From: Verrucomicrobiia bacterium
Lineage (GTDB): Bacteria; Verrucomicrobiota; Verrucomicrobiia; Opitutales; Cerasicoccaceae
Assembly (NCBI GenBank): GCA_030432235.1
Contig: JAUIHT010000002.1
Span: 249,136-313,135 of the forward strand
Direction: 5' to 3'
Length of the DNA stretch: 64,000 nt
Shown: positions 56,501-64,000 of the stretch, piece by piece
Layout of the letters: every line of letters starts with the position of its first letter
Position numbering within the stretch: position 1 is the stretch's first letter
The notes under the pieces: model-generated
What the model was told of the DNA's origin: nothing
Seen by the model: only the letters and a program-made list of their open reading frames with translations
Databases searched by the model: none
Translations under genes and position numbers: made by a program

Positions 56501-56995
56501 TTACGGCTCCAGGATATAGGTGTAGGCGGAGCCACTGTTGCTTTGAAAGGATCCCGAGGTCAGGCTTCCGTCGTCGAGCATCTGGTCCAGGCGCGCCATG
56601 AACTCATCGTCAGCCACGGAATCGCGCAACGATATGCCCGCCGTAAAGGAAAAGGCGCCCGGTCCCTCCCAGTCCCAGGTGCCCTCCATGACGGAGGCTT
56701 GCTCAAAAGTGCCTTCGGTGATGTAGCCATCCATGACACTGGGGAGGACGCCCGGACTCTCGTCATCCGGCCATTGCCCGTTCTCCATGGCGTAGGTTTC
56801 AAAGCCGGAGCGGAACTGCCGGTAATCGTTGGCCAGGCGGCTCTTGTAGGTGCCTTCCTTGGCCGTGCGTACCGCCGGGACGGCCAGCAGGGCCAGCAGC
56901 CCGATGACCACGACGACTACCATGATTTCAACCAGGGTAAACCCAGGCGAACGTGCTGCTCTCTTCGCGAGTATCTGATGGATGATCGGTTTCAT
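56501..56995 (-). CDS. prepilin-type N-terminal cleavage/methylation domain protein (type II secretion/type IV pilin-like pseudopilin)
   Basis: N-terminal GFTLVEIMVVVVVIGLLALLA prepilin motif after a basic leader. Confidence 0.8.
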   Translation of the reverse strand: MKPIIHQILAKRAARSPGFTLVEIMVVVVVIGLLALLAVPAVRTAKEGTYKSRLANDYRQFRSGFETYAMENGQWPDDESPGVLPSVMDGYITEGTFEQASVMEGTWDWEGPGAFSFTAGISLRDSVADDEFMARLDQMLDDGSLTSGSFQSNSGSAYTYILEP

Positions 56996-57426
56996 GGGAA
57001 TATGTCTCGAGATTTATGATATACGGGCGGGTGAAAATCCTCACTTACCCGAGCTATGAGTTAATGAATGAACAGCCCTAGATTACGACCGAACCACCCT
57101 ATGCGCAATTACGAAGGAATAAGCCCAACCTCAAACTTCGTAAAATATTCTTAAACAGATTCATTATTTGCTTATATTCATGAATTTACATAACAGTAAA
57201 GAAGCCGTAAACATAGACCCGGTAAAAGCCTGTATACATAACCCGGATTTTAAAGTAGTGGCCTTAATTATGGCCCTGTAGGCAGTCTCCATGCCGCTTA
57301 AACACTGGGCATAATAGCGTTGTCCATAAGCGGACATTGCATCACAATTCAGGGAATTTAATAGCCGTCCGGTACTCCCAACCCTAAAAGCGGCCTGCTC
57401 TCCACGTCCGTCAACACTGCGATACC

Positions 57427-59994
57427 ATGAAAACAAGCATACTCTCCTACCTAAGCCAGGGACTGCTTTCCCTGTCCCTGATGAGCCTTACCCTCGGTGG
57501 TAGCCTTCACGCCAAAATCGACGACTACACCCAGAACAATCACTGGGAATTCTCGAAAAATCACGAAGCCAATGTTTCACGCATGGAAACCATCGGCTGG
57601 GCTGATCGGCTCTTTTATTTCTGGGCCAAAAATGATGGCCACCTGGCGTACCGTGCCGCGAAAATCGAACTGAGCGCCAGCGACAAACCTGTGATTAAAA
57701 ACGAAGGCCAGGAAAAGAATTTCGCCAAAGGCTGGGATCACAAAAAGGTTGGCTTTGCCCCCACTCTGTACGGAGACGACCTGTACTTGTTCATCTACGT
57801 GGATGGCGGCAAGTCCATGGCCTACAGCGTTTTTCGCAAGGAAGCCGACAATACCGCGGTCAAGAATATCTCCACCACGGAGACCATTAAGCTCAAGCTT
57901 GAGGGGCAGCCGAAGGGTTTCACCATCGGCACCATGACCGCCTTCACCATCGAGGGGGAAATCTACCTGCTCATCGGCGACGCCAGCGGGACTTCGCTGG
58001 AGCCCTACATCTTCCACTTCGACAAGGTCACGAAAGCAACGTACCTCGGCTCGCTCTCCAAGCTGGGTGCGCCCAGCGGCACGACTCCCCTGACTCCGGA
58101 AAGCACGCAGCGTTACCGCGCCGCCAACCTCATCGTGGACGATGAAAACGGCGATCCCCTCGAGGTGGCCGTTATCAGTTACATGCGAGATACCGACATC
58201 GTCGGCGTCGTCGCCTTTGACGGCGAAGGGATTATCAGCGGCAAGACCTTTACTAAAAAGCTACTGGGCCTGGGCAGTAAAAGGGCCCTGGAAACCGTCA
58301 GTCTCGCCCTGGGTGGCCTGCGGGGCGGCCCGAAGATCGAGGATGCCGCGTTGCAGCTTGTCCTGACATCGGACGACAAGGCTATCAACGCCCACGGCCT
58401 GCATTATACCCATAAAGGCGGGTTCTTTCTCTACGGCTCCTCACTGTCCTATGAGGGCAAGGACTGGTTCGACAATTTTCCCGGCGCCAGCATCCTCAGT
58501 GTGCGCGGCAACACCGTCATCGTCCCCTCAAAGGCGCATAAAGGCTCCCTGCGGCGCGTGGTGGTGATAACCGGCGGCGGCGCCAATTCCTCCCAGTCCC
58601 AAATCGACGTCAACGCGACCCAGTCGGACGTCCTGCGACCCGTCCAACAAGTGGCTATCGACACTCAGAACGCCACCTTGCGTGAGCTCCCCAAGGGAAC
58701 CGCGCAGCCCATACTCGACGACACGATCGCCAACAATCTCTCCCGTCTCTGGAATCTGCTCGGGGTCATCACCGGTGTGCCTCCCTACACCAGCACCACC
58801 CCGCCCGACAAGGTCACCAGCAGCATCAGTTGGAACAAGACCGATACGCTGACCAGCCAGGTCGACCATTCCAGCTCCGCCTCCACCTCGGCCGGCTTCC
58901 TCGGCAAGGCGCACACGGGTGTCGGCGGCTTCAACTTCGGCGCGGCCAGGACCTGGACGACCGTCAACTCCACCAAGCGCACCATCAGCTTCGGCTTCGA
59001 CATCAAGCTCACCGCGCCCGTGACGAAGAAGGGCGAGATCACCGGCTGGATGGTCGTCTACCAGCCCATCATCCTGGCAACCCTCTTCCACGAGTATGCT
59101 CCCAACAACAAGGACGACTACGGTCGTTACTACATCGTCTACACTCAGGACGCCACGCTGAATGCCGACCGCAACGTCAACCTGATATCCTTCCCCCTGA
59201 CCGCTCCCAACGACCTGCTCTCGCCGCTTTCCAACGGCATGTTCGGTGGCGACCCTCTGGAAGGCTGGCCCAGCAGCAACGATCCGGTGGGCTGGCACAA
59301 ACAGGTCTTCGACGGTTATCGCGACGGCATCGGTCTGCCTGCCATGACCACCACGGTGAACGCCTCGGAGTCCGCCAGCACGTTCGTCGATGAAAACAAC
59401 GCCAAGCAGAAAGCCCAGAAAATCGACTGGAGCATGAAGCTGGAACTGCCCTTCGACCTGGGTGCGTTTCTGGGAGCCGGCCTCGGTGGTGGCCAGACCT
59501 GGACGACCACCAACACCCAAAGTACCGCGTTCTCGCAGGCCCTCACCCTTGAGCTTTCCCAAATCGAATCGACTGGAGCCATCGGCGAAATTGACCGCTA
59601 CAACCTGCTCCCCTATCTGCTTTATCCGAACAGTGATGCCAACTGGATCCCCTGGGACGGCTTCCCCCAGTCCGCTCCCTGGTGCCTGAGCTACATCGTG
59701 ACCGGCCTGCACAAGCGCGGCGACGAATTACTCGGCACCTTTGCCTTCGGTGACGTCTATCAGGATAGCAACAACGCGAACAATCTTTACTCCGATTGGC
59801 TCGGCTGGCTGTACGAAACTGACACGCCCTGGTTCTTCGACTACCGCCGCCACCGCTGGCTCTACAGCTACATCTCCTCCATGCCGGACAACTTCTGGTA
59901 CTACAGCGAAGACAAGAGCTGGGCCTGGACTCAAGACGTTCTCTACCCCTGGTCGTACGTGGTTGAGGACGAAGCCTGGTCCTACGACCCATAA
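57427..59994 (+). CDS. large secreted hypothetical protein (855 aa) with C-terminal Trp/Tyr-rich module
   Basis: Signal peptide MKTSILSYLSQGLLSLSLMSLTLGGSLHA. Beta-rich body. C-terminal WLGWLYETD...PWSYVVEDEAWSYDP, matching the module in the 41022..42167 protein. Preceded by a 430-bp AT-rich leader. Confidence 0.55.
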   Translation: MKTSILSYLSQGLLSLSLMSLTLGGSLHAKIDDYTQNNHWEFSKNHEANVSRMETIGWADRLFYFWAKNDGHLAYRAAKIELSASDKPVIKNEGQEKNFAKGWDHKKVGFAPTLYGDDLYLFIYVDGGKSMAYSVFRKEADNTAVKNISTTETIKLKLEGQPKGFTIGTMTAFTIEGEIYLLIGDASGTSLEPYIFHFDKVTKATYLGSLSKLGAPSGTTPLTPESTQRYRAANLIVDDENGDPLEVAVISYMRDTDIVGVVAFDGEGIISGKTFTKKLLGLGSKRALETVSLALGGLRGGPKIEDAALQLVLTSDDKAINAHGLHYTHKGGFFLYGSSLSYEGKDWFDNFPGASILSVRGNTVIVPSKAHKGSLRRVVVITGGGANSSQSQIDVNATQSDVLRPVQQVAIDTQNATLRELPKGTAQPILDDTIANNLSRLWNLLGVITGVPPYTSTTPPDKVTSSISWNKTDTLTSQVDHSSSASTSAGFLGKAHTGVGGFNFGAARTWTTVNSTKRTISFGFDIKLTAPVTKKGEITGWMVVYQPIILATLFHEYAPNNKDDYGRYYIVYTQDATLNADRNVNLISFPLTAPNDLLSPLSNGMFGGDPLEGWPSSNDPVGWHKQVFDGYRDGIGLPAMTTTVNASESASTFVDENNAKQKAQKIDWSMKLELPFDLGAFLGAGLGGGQTWTTTNTQSTAFSQALTLELSQIESTGAIGEIDRYNLLPYLLYPNSDANWIPWDGFPQSAPWCLSYIVTGLHKRGDELLGTFAFGDVYQDSNNANNLYSDWLGWLYETDTPWFFDYRRHRWLYSYISSMPDNFWYYSEDKSWAWTQDVLYPWSYVVEDEAWSYDP

Positions 59995-60081
59995 GCCAAA
60001 CGCCTACTGTTCCTCGGCCAGACTATTAAACGTTCACCCGGCGACCCGTTATACCTTCACACCAGAAGCGGAACAGGTACA

Positions 60082-63000
60082 CTACTGCTCCTCGGCTAGG
60101 TTTTTAAAGTACTCCTCGACCAGGCGGCGGTATTGCTCCGGCGGAGGAGCGGAGTCGCGGTTCATGCGCAGACGCTCACCGATGAGCTCCCCGCGCAGAT
60201 ACTGGTGGATGATACGCGCGGCCTGATCCAGCGAGGGAGCCAGACGCGCGCGGGTCAGGCCGCCGCCGTCGCCTTCCTTGCTCGCTTCCAGGTTCTGCCC
60301 CAGCTCGACCAACTGCTCATCGCTCAAAGCCTTGCCCGCACGGCTAAGCTCCTGACCGAGCCGGCGCAAGGAAGGCGCAAGCTCGCCTTCGGTCTCACTG
60401 GATTGCTCTCCGCCGGGCTGCTGTCCTGCGGACTGCTCACCCGACTGCTGCCCTTCCGGCTTTGACTGTGCCAGCGCCTGCTGCGCCTGCGAAATCTGCT
60501 CGGACAGGTTGCGCAGTTGTGACGGCGACATGGCGGAGAGCTGCTCCATGGCGGCATCGAGGGAAGCCTGCAATTCCTCGAGCTGGCGCGCGGCTTCGCC
60601 CTGATGCCTTTCGGCGCGAGCGTAACGCTCATAAAGCAAAGAGTTGGTGGCGCGCTGCATCTCACCGGTGGTATTGGCGCGTCGCGCATTACGGGCGGCC
60701 TGCCCGAGCGCCTCGCCCGCCTCGGTGTAGGTCTGTTCCAGGTTGACCGCCTCGCGTTGCATTTCAGCGATCAGTTGCTCCAGCTCCTCGCGCATGGCAT
60801 CCTGCTGCTGACGCATTTCGCGGGCAGCATCCTCGCCGGGTGAATTTCCACTGGCAGCCTCACTGGCCTGGCGTGCCGCTTCCTGTCGGGATGCCAGGTC
60901 ACCCGCCTGTTGCGAGAGCCCGGCCAACGCACCGGTGGCGGTCTCACGGATGAGTTCACCCAGCATGCCCTGAGCGGCACTGAGTTCACTCTGGGCACGA
61001 AGGCCGCTTCGTTCCGCGGAACCGTATTCGCCCTGTTGGGTGGCCCCGGACGCCTTGCGCATAAAGTTCTGCGATTCCTTGAGTGCATTGCGCAGCTCGT
61101 AGGTTTGCTCCTGCATGCCCGACCGCAGTTGCTTGGACAAAATCCCAACCTCGTTGTCGATTTCGACCTGCTTACCCAGAAGCTCCGATTGCTCGGCCTC
61201 GCTGAGGTTTTGCCCGTCGGCCCGATTATAGTCACCGTTCAGGGCCGCCTGTTCGCCCAAGAGGCGGTTCAGGTTTTCGAGAGACTCCTGCAGGTCGGAC
61301 ATACTCATCTCCTGCGACTCCTTACTCTGGCCTTGCTGCTGTTGTTCACCGGAGGACTTTGCCTGGCCTTCCGAAGGCTGCCCCTGTCCCCCGCTGCTGG
61401 CCTGCATCTGCGGCTGGCTATTGGCAAAACTTTCCACGATGAGCAAATTGCTCAAGGCCTCGGCCAAGGTCGGGTTGACCTTGTCAGGCTCGTCCTGATT
61501 AGCCAGCAACTCGGCCTCGACCATATTCTCCATAGCGACGACAAGCAGGTCGGCCATGGCACGGCCGTCCTCGTTGCCCATCATGGCCATCTGCATGAAC
61601 ATCATGGTGAGCTTTTCGAGGGCAACACTGGTCTCCTTGCGCGCCTCGGCGATGCCGGTGGCGAGCTCCTGCATGGCTTCTTCACGCCGCTCGCCTGTCT
61701 GCGGGATGGCGGCGTGGGCCATGCGCATGAGACGCTTGAGCTCCACGATGATGCCGCGCAGGTTGATCTCCTCGCGCTCACCCTCGCCCTGGCCTTCACT
61801 CTCACCGCCTTCCTGGTCCGGGATATCGGTCAGCACTTCGATGAAAAATACATCCGAGCGCGCGGACTGCGGCTCGGGCTCACGGTTGTCCCAGGCCACG
61901 GCGTAGTAGGTGATGATGTCGCCGTGCTCGGCGTTCTGGCTGGCTATCTCAATGGCTCCGTAGAGCTCGGCTTCCGGAGTGGGCTCTTCACCGGCTTCGA
62001 AAAGCACCAGCGGATTGCGCGGCAGACCGGAGACGGACACATGCAACTCCACCTTGCTCAGGCCGTAATCGTCTCCGGCAAACACGCTGAACGGCACGGC
62101 GCCCTCGGGTTTGGCCTTTTTGTCTTCACCCGGCTCGGTGATTTCCACCGTGGGCGCTTCATCCGGGATGACGTCCAGGTCGAAACTCGGTGTGACCAGC
62201 AGACGCCCCTCGGTGTTCTTCAACACCACCTGATAGTCGCCATCGCTTTGCATAACAAAGCTACCGGCGAGGTTGCCCTTCATTTTTTCCATTGGCAGGC
62301 GCTCGCCGGAAACGCGCAGGGAACCGGTGACGTCGATCTGCGTGGTTAACATCAACGAGACTTCGCTGTCCTCGGGCGCGTGCAGATCGACCAGACGGCT
62401 GAACTCCGTGGGCTCCTCCCGCGTGTAGGCAGGCGGCGTCACGGACAGCTCGAGCGTGTCGATGCGCGGCGGGTCGTAGACCGTCACCGCGTACCATGGC
62501 GTACTCAGCGAGGACGTTTCCACGCGATAGCGCAGCGGCTCGGTAACGCCAAACAGGGTAAACGATGCCGGGCCAGCGGCCTGCACCGTCATGGGGAAAC
62601 GCTCGGTGACGCCGTTCTGCTCATAGACGATGACCGGATCGTTCTCCCAGCGCGTCACCTCGGCGGTGATGGTCAGGTCGTCGGCACGGGGCACGTCAGC
62701 ATCGCCGGGCTGAACGAGCAACCCGGTGGCCTCGCCCTGCATGCGGTCGATCTGATAAAAGCGCGCCTTGGCCACGAAGTCGGTCTTGCCCGCGAAGTCG
62801 GACAGCACCATGGCCACGGCGATAAGCAGCAGCACGGAAGCCGGATGCACCAGGCGCGGCAGCGAGTCACGCTTGAGGTTTATCTCGGCGCACTTGGCAT
62901 CCACATCGCGAAAGAGAGCTTCCTCGAGCGCGTTGGCGGGCCCGCCGCGCTCCTGGATTTCCATGGCGGTGCTCAGCGTCTCTTGCAGCTCCGGGTGACG

Positions 63001-63270
63001 CGTCTCCACCAGCCTGGCCAGATCGATGGGGCGCGGCCGCTTCAGGGCCAGCCAAAGCAACCCGCCCAAGGCCAGCACCAGAGAACCCAGGCCAAGCCCA
63101 AACAGCGTACGCCAGGCGGTCCCCTCCTGCACCGGTGCGATGCCGTTAATGCCCTGGCATATCAACACCGCCAGACTAAAGGTACCCAGCACGGCAAAGC
63201 CCAGCATCAGCGCCAGCAGCAGGATGAGCAGGCTCTGTTGAAAGCGAAGCTTGGAGTAAAAATCAGGCAT
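60082..63270 (-). CDS. large membrane protein with N-terminal double-TM domain and long Gln/Glu-rich coiled coil (BatD/DUF4175-like candidate)
   Basis: 1062 aa. Two N-terminal TMs and a third at about residue 150. The C-terminal 500 aa are low-complexity, Q/E/A-rich and predicted coiled coil. Start overlaps the upstream gene by 8 nt. Confidence 0.5.
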   Translation of the reverse strand: MPDFYSKLRFQQSLLILLLALMLGFAVLGTFSLAVLICQGINGIAPVQEGTAWRTLFGLGLGSLVLALGGLLWLALKRPRPIDLARLVETRHPELQETLSTAMEIQERGGPANALEEALFRDVDAKCAEINLKRDSLPRLVHPASVLLLIAVAMVLSDFAGKTDFVAKARFYQIDRMQGEATGLLVQPGDADVPRADDLTITAEVTRWENDPVIVYEQNGVTERFPMTVQAAGPASFTLFGVTEPLRYRVETSSLSTPWYAVTVYDPPRIDTLELSVTPPAYTREEPTEFSRLVDLHAPEDSEVSLMLTTQIDVTGSLRVSGERLPMEKMKGNLAGSFVMQSDGDYQVVLKNTEGRLLVTPSFDLDVIPDEAPTVEITEPGEDKKAKPEGAVPFSVFAGDDYGLSKVELHVSVSGLPRNPLVLFEAGEEPTPEAELYGAIEIASQNAEHGDIITYYAVAWDNREPEPQSARSDVFFIEVLTDIPDQEGGESEGQGEGEREEINLRGIIVELKRLMRMAHAAIPQTGERREEAMQELATGIAEARKETSVALEKLTMMFMQMAMMGNEDGRAMADLLVVAMENMVEAELLANQDEPDKVNPTLAEALSNLLIVESFANSQPQMQASSGGQGQPSEGQAKSSGEQQQQGQSKESQEMSMSDLQESLENLNRLLGEQAALNGDYNRADGQNLSEAEQSELLGKQVEIDNEVGILSKQLRSGMQEQTYELRNALKESQNFMRKASGATQQGEYGSAERSGLRAQSELSAAQGMLGELIRETATGALAGLSQQAGDLASRQEAARQASEAASGNSPGEDAAREMRQQQDAMREELEQLIAEMQREAVNLEQTYTEAGEALGQAARNARRANTTGEMQRATNSLLYERYARAERHQGEAARQLEELQASLDAAMEQLSAMSPSQLRNLSEQISQAQQALAQSKPEGQQSGEQSAGQQPGGEQSSETEGELAPSLRRLGQELSRAGKALSDEQLVELGQNLEASKEGDGGGLTRARLAPSLDQAARIIHQYLRGELIGERLRMNRDSAPPPEQYRRLVEEYFKNLAEEQ

Positions 63271-64000
63271 GACGCAACTTGGGCGCGGCGGGACGTACGC
63301 CCGCCAGGGTACTTTCCAAAATAAATATCACCAGGGCCGCCAACGCAAACCAGGGCCACAGGGATTTGCCGGATTCAGAATCGGGCGCTACGGATTCCGT
63401 TTCCGCCTGGCTCCCACGCCCACCCGTCAGGGCCGCACGTAGCGAAGACAGCGACACCGGCGTGAAATCCGACTCCGCCCGGCTAACATTCACCTCGACC
63501 GGATGGCCTTCGGCATCGAGGAAGGCGCGCGGCGCGGTCTCACCCGGGAGTTCGCCGGGGCTCAGGCGCAGCACCGGGTCGCTGCCACTGGCGGAGTCCG
63601 CCAGGGCCTCGCGCAGGAGCGGCAGGAAGCTGTTGCGCAGCGGCAGGTCCGACCACTCGGTGTCGAGCCCGATGGCGCTGGTCAGCACAAGACCCTTGCC
63701 CAGCCTTTCTTCAATCAAAACCGGGTCACCCTCCTCCGTGGCGATGAGCACGGTGGCCTCGTCGCTGGGGCGCAGTTTGACGTACTCGAAAATCTCGGCC
63801 AGGTAGAGGTCGCGCGAGGTCTCCTCATCGAAAAGCCGCCCGAGGAAGCTGCGCTCGTTCAGGCTGCCGATGCGGTAGGTGCGCGCGCGGTCGCCATGCC
63901 GCCCCGGCTGACCCAGGTAAGCAACATCCGTCAGGCCGCTCTCGCGCAAGCGCGCCTGCTGCCGCGAACCTGCCTGCGAGGGCGTCACCAGCAAGGTGCC
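63263..64000 (-). CDS. hypothetical protein with C-terminal TM anchor, 5' end beyond window (Bat/vWA-like operon partner candidate)
   Basis: The frame runs to the window edge. Terminal TM LWPWFALAALVIFILESTLA. Translationally coupled to the downstream large protein. Confidence 0.35.
   Translation of the reverse strand, partial: GTLLVTPSQAGSRQQARLRESGLTDVAYLGQPGRHGDRARTYRIGSLNERSFLGRLFDEETSRDLYLAEIFEYVKLRPSDEATVLIATEEGDPVLIEERLGKGLVLTSAIGLDTEWSDLPLRNSFLPLLREALADSASGSDPVLRLSPGELPGETAPRAFLDAEGHPVEVNVSRAESDFTPVSLSSLRAALTGGRGSQAETESVAPDSESGKSLWPWFALAALVIFILESTLAGVRPAAPKLRHA

Noticed and set aside
57164-57436. 90-aa minus ORF in the AT-rich leader of the 855-aa secreted protein gene.
   Set aside because: It lies in a low-GC, promoter-like region and has no RBS and no motifs. 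It is more likely a long 5' UTR or promoter.

Overview
This is a 64 kb stretch of a high-GC (about 62%) bacterial chromosome. The gene content suggests a Planctomycetes-Verrucomicrobia-Chlamydiae (PVC) superphylum genome, probably a Verrucomicrobium: three PEP-CTERM proteins, a prepilin-type pseudopilin, SHD1-like secreted proteins, and a Chlamydia-type YtgABCD metal importer. Coding density is high on both strands.

Recognisable housekeeping genes: pckG (GTP-type PEPCK), a YyaL-type thioredoxin-domain protein, pheS and pheT, rplT and rpmI, yebC, efp, gap, a KAS II synthase, a TrmH-family RNA methyltransferase, an SNF2 helicase, a large MscS-family channel, a TonB-dependent receptor, a Fur regulator and a DtxR regulator, two AraC regulators, a GH4 alpha-galactosidase, and a fatty-acid desaturase.

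Eight tRNA genes (Asn, Phe, Cys, Glu, Gln, Arg, Met, Pro) are packed on the minus strand at 32966..33818.

Observations worth follow-up:
- A metal ABC importer operon whose inner-membrane permease is fused to a complete DtxR-type repressor, as in chlamydial YtgC-YtgR. A second free-standing DtxR/FeoA regulator is divergently transcribed across a palindromic operator candidate.
- Arrays of a CGCAGAT heptamer with about 10-11 bp spacing at three loci. One locus is a self-complementary array, and two bracket a low-GC gene inserted between rplT and pheS.
- Non-canonical features in several of the tRNAs.
- Two unrelated secreted proteins that share a C-terminal Trp/Tyr-rich module.
- A 1153-aa protein of unknown function next to efp.
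- An ACP-dehydratase fusion with KAS and GT1 genes under an AraC gene.
- A PhyH-family oxygenase inserted between pheS and pheT.

No CRISPR array, integrase or transposase was seen. All identifications rest on motif recognition by eye and were not checked against databases.
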